The notes under the pieces were generated by a model. The model did no database searches. It saw only the letters and a program-made list of their open reading frames with translations, and had not been told where the DNA came from. Positions 53,945 to 63,385 of a DNA stretch of 64,000 nucleotides are shown in pieces. The stretch spans positions 8,585 to 72,584 of the forward strand of contig CAZIFG010000006.1 of the NCBI GenBank assembly GCA_964539135.1. Reading direction: 5' to 3'. Origin of the DNA: an uncultured Rickettsiales bacterium. Its GTDB lineage: Bacteria; Margulisbacteria; Marinamargulisbacteria; GCA-2716485; CAZIFG01. The position numbers were made by a program, and so were the translations under genes. How positions within the stretch are numbered: the stretch's first letter is position 1; each line of letters opens with the position of its first letter.

Positions 53945-55065
53945 GACTGCGTCTCTGATTTTAAAATTTTCAAAATCAGTTGAGAGGTGTTTCCGTCACC
54001 ATAAGGGTTTTGGGCTTCAGCCATTTGAGTGTAAAACTCAGAATCGGTTAATAGTTTTTTAAGTGATGCCATGATTTTTTTCTTATCGGTACCCACTAAA
54101 AGCGCCGTGCCTGAATCGATGCCTTCTTGACGCTCGGTTTCTTTTCGGAGCACTAAGACGGGTTTTCCTAGAGAGGGGGCCTCTTCTTGAATGCCACCTG
54201 AATCGGTGAGAATGCAGGTGCTGTGATTCATGACTTCTATGAGTTCGGCATAGTTTAAAGGTGGGGTTAATATGGCTTGAGGGTGATGGTCAAAATAGCT
54301 GTGAATGATCGTTGAAACAGCAGGGTTTAAATGGACGGGCCATAGAACTTGAATGTCTGGAAATAGGCTTAGACTTTCTTTGATGGCTTCGCAAATTTGA
54401 ATGAGGGGATCTCCCCAGTTTTCTCGTCTGTGACAGGTGACTAAGAGTGTTTTTTTGTTGGGATCTAGTCCTTTAAATTTTTTTAAAGTGGAGGTGCTTG
54501 GATTTTCTTTTATGGTTTTAATGCCGATGAGTAAGGCATCAATGACACTATTTCCGACGGTGTGAATGTGTTGGGAAATGCCTTCTTTTTGGAGGTTTTG
54601 GGCGCCTTGCTCCGTGGGGGTGAAATGCCATTTTGCCAAACGAGAGGTTAAAACGCGATTTAATTCTTCAGGGAAGGGGGATGTGGGATCAAAGCTGCGA
54701 AGTCCGGCTTCAATATGGGCAATAGGGATGTGGTGATAAAAGGCCGAAAGCGCGGTTGCGAAGGTTGTGGTGGTGTCGCCTTGAACAAGGATAATGTCTG
54801 GTTTTGCGTTCTGAATGACTGTGGGGAGTCCGGATAAAATTCGGGTGGTGAGATCTGTGAGGGATTGTGTTTCTGTCATGACAGATAAGTCGTAATCCGG
54901 TTTAACCTTAAAAAAGGTGAGGACTTGGTCGAGCATGCCGCGATGTTGTCCTGTTACACATACTTGTGTGGTGAAGATATGAGTCTGTTTTGTCGCTTCT
55001 AAAATAATAGGCGCCATCTTGATCGCTTCTGGTCGCGTGCCAAAGACAAAGAGTAGTCGTGTCAT
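53926..55065 (-). CDS. wecB: UDP-N-acetylglucosamine 2-epimerase (non-hydrolysing)
   Basis: MTRLLFVFGTRPEAIKMAPI, VTGQHR, LVQGDTTT, HIEAGLRS and TDSGGIQEEAPSLGKPVLVLR. The start was trimmed to ATG 55065; the track start is 55089. Confidence 0.9.
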   Translation of the reverse strand: MTRLLFVFGTRPEAIKMAPIILEATKQTHIFTTQVCVTGQHRGMLDQVLTFFKVKPDYDLSVMTETQSLTDLTTRILSGLPTVIQNAKPDIILVQGDTTTTFATALSAFYHHIPIAHIEAGLRSFDPTSPFPEELNRVLTSRLAKWHFTPTEQGAQNLQKEGISQHIHTVGNSVIDALLIGIKTIKENPSTSTLKKFKGLDPNKKTLLVTCHRRENWGDPLIQICEAIKESLSLFPDIQVLWPVHLNPAVSTIIHSYFDHHPQAILTPPLNYAELIEVMNHSTCILTDSGGIQEEAPSLGKPVLVLRKETERQEGIDSGTALLVGTDKKKIMASLKKLLTDSEFYTQMAEAQNPYGDGNTSQLILKILKSETQSCQKKS

Positions 55066-55160
55066 CCTAAATCCCATCATATAAAACAAGTGCGTTTACA
55101 GCAAGCAGTGGAAGTGAAAAGAAAATAGACATCCGGTCTAATTCTATTTAGAATACAAAA

Positions 55161-56108
55161 ATGACACGCTATTTGGTGACGGGTGCAGCCGGGTTTATTG
55201 GCTCTAGCCTTGTTGAAACTTTATTAAACCAAGGGCATGAGGTGATTGCCTTTGATAATCTTTCTCGCGGATCTTTGCAGGCGCTTTCTTTTGTAGTGGG
55301 ACATCCTTATGCTCAAAACTATACCTTTATTCAGGGGGATACACGGTCTTTTTCGGATTGTCTTCGTGCCTGCGAGGGTGTTCAGTACATTTTGCATCAT
55401 GCCGCATTGGGGTCTGTGGTGGAGTCGATGCAAGAAGGCGATCTTTATTATGATAACAATGTGGTGGGCTTTCAGACTTTATTAAACGCGGCCCAAGCTG
55501 CAGGGGTTAAGCGGGTTGTTTTTGCGTCTTCATCCGCTGTTTATGGCGATTCGTTGGTTTTACCTAAAACGGAAACGATGGGGCTTATGCCCAAGTCGCC
55601 TTATGCTGAAAATAAGGTTCAAAATGAGAAAGATGCGTTTTATTATACCCATGAAAAAGGGCTTTCTTGTATTGGGCTTCGTTATTTTAATGTTTACGGT
55701 CCCAAACAAAATGCCAATTCTGATTATTCTGCCGTGATCCCCAAATTTATTCGGCGGGCGTTGAATCATCAGGATCTTGAAATTTATGGGGATGGGACTC
55801 AGAGTCGAGACTTTGTGTTTATTCAGGATATTGTGGCGGCCAATTTGATGGCGTCTCAGGCTTTGGCGCCGTGTTGGGGGCATCCTTATAATATTGGTAC
55901 GGGAGAAAAAACGCTGATTAAAGATCTGGCGCGTATTATTTTGGATCATATTGATCCGTCTTTGTCTTTACATTTTTTGCCTGAAAGAGGTGGCGATATT
56001 AAGGCGAGCTATTCGTCTATTCAAATCGCCAGAGAGGCGCTTTTATTTGATCCGAAAGTGACTTTATCGGAGGGGATTTTAGCGATACTTTCTGGGTTAA
56101 AATCATGA
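55161..56108 (+). CDS. NAD-dependent UDP-sugar 4-epimerase family protein (extended SDR; WbpP/TviC-like)
   Basis: YLVTGAAGFIGSSLV, FASSSAVYGD, YAENK (YxxxK) and RYFNVYGP. Confidence 0.8.
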   Translation: MTRYLVTGAAGFIGSSLVETLLNQGHEVIAFDNLSRGSLQALSFVVGHPYAQNYTFIQGDTRSFSDCLRACEGVQYILHHAALGSVVESMQEGDLYYDNNVVGFQTLLNAAQAAGVKRVVFASSSAVYGDSLVLPKTETMGLMPKSPYAENKVQNEKDAFYYTHEKGLSCIGLRYFNVYGPKQNANSDYSAVIPKFIRRALNHQDLEIYGDGTQSRDFVFIQDIVAANLMASQALAPCWGHPYNIGTGEKTLIKDLARIILDHIDPSLSLHFLPERGGDIKASYSSIQIAREALLFDPKVTLSEGILAILSGLKS

Positions 56109-57646
56109 CGGAACATTCCCTTAAAAAACGGTATGCCGCTAAGCTTGTGGCTCAAATTTTTTCGGGGGGTATTAATGCTATTATTGTAATGTTGGCACCG
56201 CGACTTTTAGGTGTTGTTCAGTTTGGCAATTTTAGTTATGTCACGAGTTTTTTTCAGAATATCATTTATATTTTGAATAATGGACCGTCGATGACGGTGA
56301 TGGTGCAACTGTCTCACAAAAATGCGGATAAACGATGGATTCCCTTTTATATGGGGCTTTTAGTGTGTTTAGGCGGCTTTCTTTTTTTAGGTATTACCGG
56401 TGTTTGGAAATTGAATTGGACTTCTCTTGTTTGGCCAGGACAAGATGTGCTGTTTGTTTATTTGGGGGCTCTTTATGCCCTTTGTTTATGTGGGTTTCAG
56501 TTTTTTATTTTGGTTTCAGATGCCTTGGGCCTGACGGTTTATAATGAGTTTTTTAAAATCTTTCAGCGTGTTTTGACCCTTCTTTTTCTGGGACTTTTTG
56601 TTATTTGGATGCCTTTAACGCTTAAGCAATTCTTTTTTGCGAATTACTTGGCGTATTTTTTCTATGCGCTTTTGGTGGGGTGGTTTTTTTTCCGTAAGGG
56701 CATTTTTTCTTCTGTTCTTTTTAATATTCGACAGATTCCGGTTAAGGCGTTTTGTAAGGGACTTATGTCCCGTGGCACTCCTTTGGTTTTAGCAGATATG
56801 TTGGGTATTTTTAGTGGGATGTATGATATTTGGTTGTTGCAATTTTTATATGGCTCTATGTATCAAGGGTATTATGGGGTGGGGGCTCAATTGGCGCCGT
56901 TGCTGTGTACGTTTTCCATTGCGATTTCTCCGCTTTTGATGCGGGAATTTTCTAAGGCCTATGCGGAAGATAATCTTTTAGAAGTTCAACGTATTTATAT
57001 GCTGTATGTGCCGTTAATTTTTGCGATCACCAGTATTCCTTGTGTTTTTTTAGCATGGCATGGGACCTCAATTTTGTCCCTTATTGCGGGAAATGCTTTT
57101 AGCCCTGCTGGACTTTCATTTTCACTGTTTATGATGACGCCAATTTTTCAGTCTTATGGCTTGATTAATAATAGTTTAATGTATGCGACGCATAAACATA
57201 AATGGATGTTGGTTCTTTCTGCTGTTGGTAATTTTGTTTCTGTGGCATTAACGACATTGGTCTTGTCTCAAAATAAATTTTTTGGTTTGGGTCTAGGTGT
57301 GGAAGGGTTGGCATTGAAAGTTTTATTTATAGAGGTATTATTTAGTCTTATTCGGTTAAAATTATGTAGCCGATACATTGGCTTTTTGTTTAGAAAAATA
57401 GTGATTCAATCTTTTTATCTTCTCAGCTTTTTAGTGTTCGTTGCGTTTTTAACCCCAGTCTTTTTTTTCTTTGTCGAGACTTTTTATTGGAACCTTTTGC
57501 TTAGTGGGGTGCTTTACATTGGAATTGTTTTTTTTAGCTTTTATTATTTTTCCAATTTTTTTCTGGGTATAGAACGTTCTAAACTGAATACGCTTTTTAG
57601 CGGTTTCTTGCAGTTTCTAGGGATTAAAAATAAGATAGGGATTTAA
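56105..57646 (+). CDS. wzx: Polysaccharide/O-antigen flippase (Wzx-like, MOP superfamily)
   Basis: 513 aa with 12 or more hydrophobic segments and the position typical of Wzx in a sugar-modification cluster. ATGA overlap with the upstream epimerase stop. Confidence 0.65.
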   Translation: MTEHSLKKRYAAKLVAQIFSGGINAIIVMLAPRLLGVVQFGNFSYVTSFFQNIIYILNNGPSMTVMVQLSHKNADKRWIPFYMGLLVCLGGFLFLGITGVWKLNWTSLVWPGQDVLFVYLGALYALCLCGFQFFILVSDALGLTVYNEFFKIFQRVLTLLFLGLFVIWMPLTLKQFFFANYLAYFFYALLVGWFFFRKGIFSSVLFNIRQIPVKAFCKGLMSRGTPLVLADMLGIFSGMYDIWLLQFLYGSMYQGYYGVGAQLAPLLCTFSIAISPLLMREFSKAYAEDNLLEVQRIYMLYVPLIFAITSIPCVFLAWHGTSILSLIAGNAFSPAGLSFSLFMMTPIFQSYGLINNSLMYATHKHKWMLVLSAVGNFVSVALTTLVLSQNKFFGLGLGVEGLALKVLFIEVLFSLIRLKLCSRYIGFLFRKIVIQSFYLLSFLVFVAFLTPVFFFFVETFYWNLLLSGVLYIGIVFFSFYYFSNFFLGIERSKLNTLFSGFLQFLGIKNKIGI

Positions 57647-57666
57647 ACGTTTTATCCATAGATTCT

Positions 57667-57696
57667 TTGACAAAGTCTTCTTTGGCGTTTTATAAT
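57667..57696 (+). promoter_or_regulatory. Near-consensus sigma70 promoter in the wzx-gmhB gap
   Basis: TTGACA (57667-57672), 18-nt spacer, TATAAT (57691-57696). Confidence 0.5.
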
Positions 57697-57724
57697 AGGA
57701 ATGTCCTTACTAGGACATAATAAG

Positions 57725-57768
57725 GCTCTCGAAGACCCCCCCCCCTATTCGAGAGCTTTTTTATTTTT
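57725..57768 (+). terminator. Rho-independent terminator/attenuator with a C10 loop, immediately upstream of gmhB
   Basis: GCTCTCGAA-gaCCCCCCCCCCta-TTCGAGAGC has a perfect 9-bp stem and is followed by TTTTTTATTTTT. It is preceded by a small hairpin ATGTCC-ttacta-GGACAT (57701-57718). Confidence 0.65.
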
Positions 57769-57783
57769 AAGGGATTTTCTTTG

Positions 57784-58296
57784 ATGCAAAAAAAAGGTTT
57801 TTTTCTGGATAGGGATGGTATTATTAATCATGATACTGGCTACATTTATCACCCTAAAGATTTTGTTTTTCAAGACGGCATTTTTGATTTTTTAACGCAT
57901 ATTCAACGGGATTATTTGCTTTTTATTGTTACTAATCAATCTGGAATAGGTCGAGGATTTTATACAGAAGAACAGTATCAGGCCTTAACTTCTTTTATTT
58001 TAGATCAGTTGAAAGAGAAGGGGATTACGATTACGCATGTTTATCATTGTCCTCATACCCCAGAAGATGCTTGTGTGTGTCGTAAGCCTAATCCTACTTC
58101 TATTTTAAAGGCTGCGGCTACGTATGATTTAGACTTGAGTCAATCTTGGATGATTGGCGATAGAGAAAGTGATATAGAGGCGGGTTTGAATGCGGGGATT
58201 TTGAATACTATTTTTATTTCTCATTCGAATAAGATGCCAGAAACAAAAGCACGTTATACCTTTGAAAGTATAGGAGAGCTTTTGTATTTATTATAA
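57784..58296 (+). CDS. gmhB: D-glycero-beta-D-manno-heptose-1,7-bisphosphate 7-phosphatase
   Basis: FFLDRDGIIN (HAD motif I), VTNQSGIGRG, the zinc motif CPHTPEDACVCRKP, and IGDRESDIEAG. Confidence 0.9.
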   Translation: MQKKGFFLDRDGIINHDTGYIYHPKDFVFQDGIFDFLTHIQRDYLLFIVTNQSGIGRGFYTEEQYQALTSFILDQLKEKGITITHVYHCPHTPEDACVCRKPNPTSILKAAATYDLDLSQSWMIGDRESDIEAGLNAGILNTIFISHSNKMPETKARYTFESIGELLYLL

Positions 58297-58372
58297 GGTC
58301 ATTTTTTATTAAATTTATTTTTATATTTGGGAGGCTCTTTTTTAAGAGTTGCGATTTTAATAGGGAGTTTAT

Positions 58373-59941
58373 ATGTTACTATCTTTGTGTATTCCAACTT
58401 ATAATAGGTGCTTTGAGATACAAAAGTGTTTAAAAAGCATTGTTTCTCAGGATATTTTTTTACTTTCTGATCAGTTTGAAGTGGTTATTTCGGACAATTG
58501 TTCCACAGATGATACTCAAAAAATATGTGAAGATTTTGTTTCTTTATATCCTGATAAAATTAGGTATATTCGCCAAATGACTAATATAGGACCATCTTCT
58601 AATGCACATAAAATTCTGCATTATTCACGCGCAAAATTTTCAAAAATTCATAATGATACGCTTGTATTGCTTCCAGGCGGACTTTCTTTTATTCTGAATT
58701 CCATTAAAATGCATCAGGATGCGGCTGCTCTTTTTTTTATAAACAAACCTAATAAATTCCCCTCTGTTATGTGTTCATCTGTGGATAAGTTTATTAATGT
58801 AGTTTCTTTTTATTCTGGATGGATTGGTGGATTATGTATTAATTTAAGTGCTTTTAATCAGATTAAGGAACCTCATTCGGGGGATTTGTTGCTTCTTCCG
58901 CAGTTGGAATGGAATCTTCAACTTCTCAAAGAAGGGCAGCCTATTTTTGTTTTTTTTGAAAAAATTATGTTTAGTCTGCCCCTTGTGAATAAAGGGGGAT
59001 ATAATATTGCAGAAATTTTTGGTCAAAATTATATTTCTATTTTAAAAAAATATTACTTTACCGGACATTTAAAGAAGATCTCTTTAGAAAAGGAAAAATT
59101 TAACATTCTTTTTAGGCATACTATTCCCTATTATTTTGATGTTCATGGTCAATATTCTTTTTCTTGTGGAAACTATTTATATTTTATGCGCGATTATCGG
59201 TATAATGTCTACTTTTATCTTTCTTTTATATATATAGGCCTTCTTTATTTGTACGCTTTTTTAAAGCGCTCTTTTTTCTTTGTAAGATTTTTATTGGGTT
59301 TTTCGTTTCATTTTTTTCGTTTGGTTTCTTTTAAATCTAAATGGCGACTTAAAAATGCTCATAATAAAACCGTTTTAGGTACAGTTTTTTCTATTAACAA
59401 TGTTAATGTTGGAAATTATTCATATGGTATTTTAAATGTGCAGAGTTTTGGTCATCCTGGTGAACGCTTAGAAATTGGTCATTTTGTTTCTATAGCTCGA
59501 GATGTTGTTTTTCTTTTAGGAGGCAACCATTCCTATTCAGGTTTTTCTACTTATCCTTTTAATGTTCTGTTTTTTAACCAAAAAACAGAAGCTCAAACAA
59601 AAGGGCCTATTATTGTTCAAGATGATGTTTGGATAGGGGAGCGTGTTTTAATTTTGTCGGGAGTTACGATTGGACAAGGTGCTATAGTTGGCGCTGGTAG
59701 TGTTGTGTCTAAGGATGTTCCTCCGTATGCGATTGTTGTGGGAAATCCTGCTAAAGTGGTTAAGTATCGATTTGAACCGGCCCTGATTAAAAAAATGCTT
59801 CAATTGGATTTTTCATTATTCACAGAAGATATAATTATTAAAAATAGACATTTTTTTGATAATTCTTTTGATGGAGATTATGTGGATCATTTTATGAAAA
59901 TAATCGGAGGCTCTCAGTTAAGGCAAAATAAAATGGAGTGA
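58373..59941 (+). CDS. Fusion of a family-2 glycosyltransferase with a hexapeptide-repeat O-acetyltransferase, joined by a hydrophobic linker
   Basis: N-terminus LSLCIPTYNR...VVISDNCSTDDT is GT2. The middle has hydrophobic segments (YLSFIYIGLLYLYAF). C-terminus VQDDVWIGERVLILSGVTIGQGAIVGAGSVVSKDVPPYAIVVGNPAKVV is a LbH acetyltransferase. Confidence 0.75.
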   Translation: MLLSLCIPTYNRCFEIQKCLKSIVSQDIFLLSDQFEVVISDNCSTDDTQKICEDFVSLYPDKIRYIRQMTNIGPSSNAHKILHYSRAKFSKIHNDTLVLLPGGLSFILNSIKMHQDAAALFFINKPNKFPSVMCSSVDKFINVVSFYSGWIGGLCINLSAFNQIKEPHSGDLLLLPQLEWNLQLLKEGQPIFVFFEKIMFSLPLVNKGGYNIAEIFGQNYISILKKYYFTGHLKKISLEKEKFNILFRHTIPYYFDVHGQYSFSCGNYLYFMRDYRYNVYFYLSFIYIGLLYLYAFLKRSFFFVRFLLGFSFHFFRLVSFKSKWRLKNAHNKTVLGTVFSINNVNVGNYSYGILNVQSFGHPGERLEIGHFVSIARDVVFLLGGNHSYSGFSTYPFNVLFFNQKTEAQTKGPIIVQDDVWIGERVLILSGVTIGQGAIVGAGSVVSKDVPPYAIVVGNPAKVVKYRFEPALIKKMLQLDFSLFTEDIIIKNRHFFDNSFDGDYVDHFMKIIGGSQLRQNKME

Positions 59942-59956
59942 AGGGATAAGACTAGA

Positions 59957-60946
59957 CTAATCTTTATTGGGTATAAAAATAATACCTAATGTGGTTTTTT
60001 GAGCTCCAATTAACATTCCACAAAAATTAGATAAAATTCGTACTAGCCTATAAAATGCAATTTTTTTTGTGATTTTTTTTATTCGGGTACCGGAATTTTT
60101 AACTCGTTCGTGGTAAGTAGATCCGTCTCTATTTAGTACATGTTTTTGTATATTGGCACTATTAAGCTTTGATAATATATATGTTATAAGTATGTTTTCT
60201 TTTTTAGGCATGTATGTGGAAAAATCTATAAATTTGCAGTTTAAATTTAGTGCATTGCCGAGTAATTTAAAACTTTTTTTGCTGAACCAGATTGTATGCA
60301 CGGGTGGAAGGTCTGTTTTCCAAATATCTTGTTGTGTGTAATAGGTTTTATTTGGAGTGGTTAAAAGGATTGCACCGTTTTTCTTGAGATGAGCAGTGCA
60401 GTTTTTAAGGAATTGAATTGGATTTTCAAGGTGTTCAATTACTTCTGTTGCAATGATCCAGTCAAATTTTTTATTTTTATCTAGATCATTTATGTCGCTT
60501 AATTGGAAGTAATTTCCAAAATTATTTTTTGCAAATTTTATGGATTTTTCAGAAATATCAATTCCAATTGGGTTATGGCCTTGTTTCTTTAAGGCATATG
60601 TTAAATAACCGTAACCACATCCTATTTCAAGAATATCGTATGGAGTGGTTTTGTCTTTAAATAGCTTATGTACGGGGTAGTATGTGGATTCTTGTTCTGA
60701 GAGCCATTTTAGGGGGTGGGTTTGGGATTTTATGTTTTTTGCGTATTCAAGATATCTATCATACCCGGGGGTGTTTTCTTGTGAGTAAATAATATCGTAT
60801 ATTTTGGGGTTGATTTTTTTTGTATCAATATGTTGAATATCACACTTGAGGCATTCAAAAATATCGTAGTGGGTATCTTCGATGTATCCAGGATACTCTT
60901 TATATATTTTTTTTACTTCTGTTGAATTACACAATGGACATTTCAT
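59957..60946 (-). CDS. Class I SAM-dependent methyltransferase with an N-terminal zinc-ribbon
   Basis: MKCPLCNS...CLKCD has four Cys. Motif I is ILEIGCGYGYLT. The post-I acidic residue is GIDIS. Also IIATEVIEHL. Confidence 0.8.
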   Translation of the reverse strand: MKCPLCNSTEVKKIYKEYPGYIEDTHYDIFECLKCDIQHIDTKKINPKIYDIIYSQENTPGYDRYLEYAKNIKSQTHPLKWLSEQESTYYPVHKLFKDKTTPYDILEIGCGYGYLTYALKKQGHNPIGIDISEKSIKFAKNNFGNYFQLSDINDLDKNKKFDWIIATEVIEHLENPIQFLKNCTAHLKKNGAILLTTPNKTYYTQQDIWKTDLPPVHTIWFSKKSFKLLGNALNLNCKFIDFSTYMPKKENILITYILSKLNSANIQKHVLNRDGSTYHERVKNSGTRIKKITKKIAFYRLVRILSNFCGMLIGAQKTTLGIIFIPNKD

Positions 60947-61118
60947 CTTTTTTCATTATCTTCTATTTTTGAACATTTGCAATTGTAAATTTAACTCTCT
61001 CGCTTTTCTTAATATTCTTTAGTTTATTTTATTTTGATACTTGTCTTTCTACAATTGCCTAACTCCCAAAATAGCCGTAAACTAAAGTGTATTATCAATA
61101 CGTTTAAAGGATACCGTT

Positions 61119-62237
61119 ATGAGTCATCATCAATCTTCTATTCCACTTTTAGATTTAACCCCTCAATATGAGCCTATTCGCGAGCAGGTGCTCAAAACTT
61201 TCGAAGCGGTATTTGATAGCAAGCAGTTTATTAATGGGCCTAAAGTGGATGAATTTGAATTGGAATTGGCGGCGTATTGTGAGGTGGCCCATAGTATTGG
61301 CGTGACATCTGGCTCCGATGCTCTGATTGTGGCCTTGATGGCCTTAGACATTAAACCAGGCGATGAAATTATTACAACACCGTTTACCTTTTTTGCCACT
61401 GCAGGCGCGATTACGCGTGTGGGTGCGGTGCCTGTTTTTGTGGATATTAATCCGGATACCTTTAATATTGATCCCGCTTTAATTGAGTCTAAAATTACGT
61501 CTAAAACTAAGGCCATTATTCCCGTTCATTTATTTGGCCAAATGGCGGAGATGGACCCGATTATGGCGATTGCTGCTAAACATCATTTGGCTGTGATTGA
61601 AGATGCGGCTCAGTCTATAGGGGCCACCTACAAAGGTAAAAAAGCGGGGTCTATTGGGACTATCGGCTGCTTGTCTTTTTTCCCCAGTAAAAACTTAGGG
61701 TGCTGTGGTGATGGGGGGGCGATGACCACTCAAGATGATGTCTTGGCCAAGAAAATTAAAAGCCTTCGAAATCATGGCGAGGTTACACGGTATCACCATC
61801 AGTATATAGGGGGGAATTTTAGAATCGATGCCCTTCAGGCGGCTATTTTAAGTATTAAATTGCCGCTTCTGGAAACTCAGCACCAAAAACGCATTCAAAA
61901 TGCTCACTTTTATACGCAACATTTAACCTCGTCTGCCATTCAACGCCCTGTGATTCATCCGGATTGTGGGTCTATTTACAATCAATATACCTTGCGGATT
62001 AAAAATAGAGCCCAATTTCAGGCGTATTTAACTGAAAAAGGCATTGGTTCTGCGATTTATTACCCTCGGCCCATGCATATTCAGGAATGTTTTGCGTATT
62101 TGGGCTATAAAGAAGGCGATTTTCCTGAAAGCGAAAGAGCGGCTGCAGAGGTTCTTTCTATCCCTATTTATGATGGTTTAACGCAGACTCAACTTGAAAG
62201 GGTTTGTGAGGTTATTAACGCTTATACAGAGGGTTAG
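61119..62237 (+). CDS. DegT/DnrJ/EryC1/StrS-family PLP-dependent sugar aminotransferase
   Basis: FINGPKV, GVTSGSDAL, PFTFFATAG, IEDAAQSIG and SFFPSKNLGCCGDGGA (PLP lysine). Confidence 0.88.
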   Translation: MSHHQSSIPLLDLTPQYEPIREQVLKTFEAVFDSKQFINGPKVDEFELELAAYCEVAHSIGVTSGSDALIVALMALDIKPGDEIITTPFTFFATAGAITRVGAVPVFVDINPDTFNIDPALIESKITSKTKAIIPVHLFGQMAEMDPIMAIAAKHHLAVIEDAAQSIGATYKGKKAGSIGTIGCLSFFPSKNLGCCGDGGAMTTQDDVLAKKIKSLRNHGEVTRYHHQYIGGNFRIDALQAAILSIKLPLLETQHQKRIQNAHFYTQHLTSSAIQRPVIHPDCGSIYNQYTLRIKNRAQFQAYLTEKGIGSAIYYPRPMHIQECFAYLGYKEGDFPESERAAAEVLSIPIYDGLTQTQLERVCEVINAYTEG

Positions 62238-63055
62238 TTTTTAACGGGGTTAGTGGGTGCTTTTAACATGCCCATAAACAATGCGATTCTGGGACGGGGC
62301 TCTTGAAGGAGCGTGCCCAGAAAAGAGGGGCTTTCCATGGTGACACTGTGGAAGGTTTCGCCGTTTATGAGGGCGATATCTGAAAAGGGGATGCTTTTCG
62401 ATGGGGTCAATTTGCTGGTTTCGTGGATATTCAGGCTGCATTTAAAACTGGGAACGCTGAGGGGTAGCCTTAACACCCATTCATGGCCGATGTCTCGGTG
62501 AAGTTTTACAGTGGAGGGTTCATTTTGTATTCGAAATTGGCACATGAATTCATTGTTTTTGGGCGAACCATGCCGATGGGTGTCTATTTCTGTGATGAGG
62601 TCTATGCTTGTGTGGATCAGTCTTAAAAGGGATGATGCTGAAGGGCGGAGGAGACTTTTCCATCCTAAGATGAGTTGCTGTTGTAGATGTAATTGATCCG
62701 TGCTGTTGGGGTAAGTGCGCTTGGATTGGTCTATGACTTCGGCATAATGCAGATTGGTGTGTCTGAAAACCCGTAGGAGGGGGAGGGATAGGTTATAAAC
62801 GGGGGGATTGGGATCCAATAACTTGTTTATGTGTAATAGGTTTGACCATTCCTTGGCTTCTGCGTGGAGCTTTTCGACTGAAAGGCCTAAATGGGTGTAC
62901 AGGGTGGTTGCCGGACAGGTATAGACTCTGGCTTTGGAGGGTGTGGCATCTTGTTTTTTAAAGGCAGATAGGATGTTCCTTAAAAAGGACGAGTGTTCTT
63001 TTTTAGGTGGATATGTTGCAAAATATCGGGCAGTGGGGGGGAGTCGCAGTAGCAT
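62234..63055 (-). CDS. Aspartyl/asparaginyl beta-hydroxylase-like (LpxO-type cupin, Fe(II)/2-oxoglutarate dioxygenase-like) protein
   Basis: LHRDIGHEWVLRLPLSVP...INGETFHSV...RPRIALF fits the family pattern HxD...lRxHLxLxxP...H...R. The track ORF extends to 63190, but that part lies antisense to the ybcJ-like gene start, so M46 (ATG 63055) is preferred. Confidence 0.45.
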   Translation of the reverse strand: MLLRLPPTARYFATYPPKKEHSSFLRNILSAFKKQDATPSKARVYTCPATTLYTHLGLSVEKLHAEAKEWSNLLHINKLLDPNPPVYNLSLPLLRVFRHTNLHYAEVIDQSKRTYPNSTDQLHLQQQLILGWKSLLRPSASSLLRLIHTSIDLITEIDTHRHGSPKNNEFMCQFRIQNEPSTVKLHRDIGHEWVLRLPLSVPSFKCSLNIHETSKLTPSKSIPFSDIALINGETFHSVTMESPSFLGTLLQEPRPRIALFMGMLKAPTNPVKN

Positions 63056-63148
63056 GACTTTATTCTTCCATATTTTTTTATTTTTATCATCTTCTTTTTT
63101 TATGTGGTATGATGTCGGTCTTAAATTGAGAGAGGTGAGGTCTTGCCT

Positions 63149-63364
63149 ATGGAAACCGTTGAAATTTCTACTGATTATATTGAACTGCATCAGTTGCTTA
63201 AAATAGCAGGCCCTTGTGTTTCAGGTGGTCAGGCTAAATATTTGATTTCGGAAGGATTGGTTTTTGTAGATGGTAAGATTGAACTGAGGAAAAAATGTAA
63301 AATTAGACCTGGGCAAGAGGTTGTGTTTGGGGACTTTATTTTGACTGTGAGTGCTGTAAAATAG
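63149..63364 (+). CDS. ybcJ: S4-domain RNA-binding protein (YbcJ family)
   Basis: IELHQLLKIAGPCVSGGQAKYLISEGLVFVDGKIELRKKCKIRPGQEV aligns with E. coli YbcJ (LCDLLKLEG...GAQAKIAIAEGQVKVDG..ETRKRCKI). GAGG SD lies 8 nt before ATG 63149. Confidence 0.8.
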   Translation: METVEISTDYIELHQLLKIAGPCVSGGQAKYLISEGLVFVDGKIELRKKCKIRPGQEVVFGDFILTVSAVK

Positions 63365-63385
63365 GCCGATTAAGGATATAAGGTT

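Noticed and set aside
57736-57745. C10 homopolymer as a classical coding-region phase-variation switch.
   Set aside because: The tract is intergenic, in a terminator loop, and not inside any ORF. Frameshift-type ON/OFF switching therefore does not apply; only a possible effect on termination remains.
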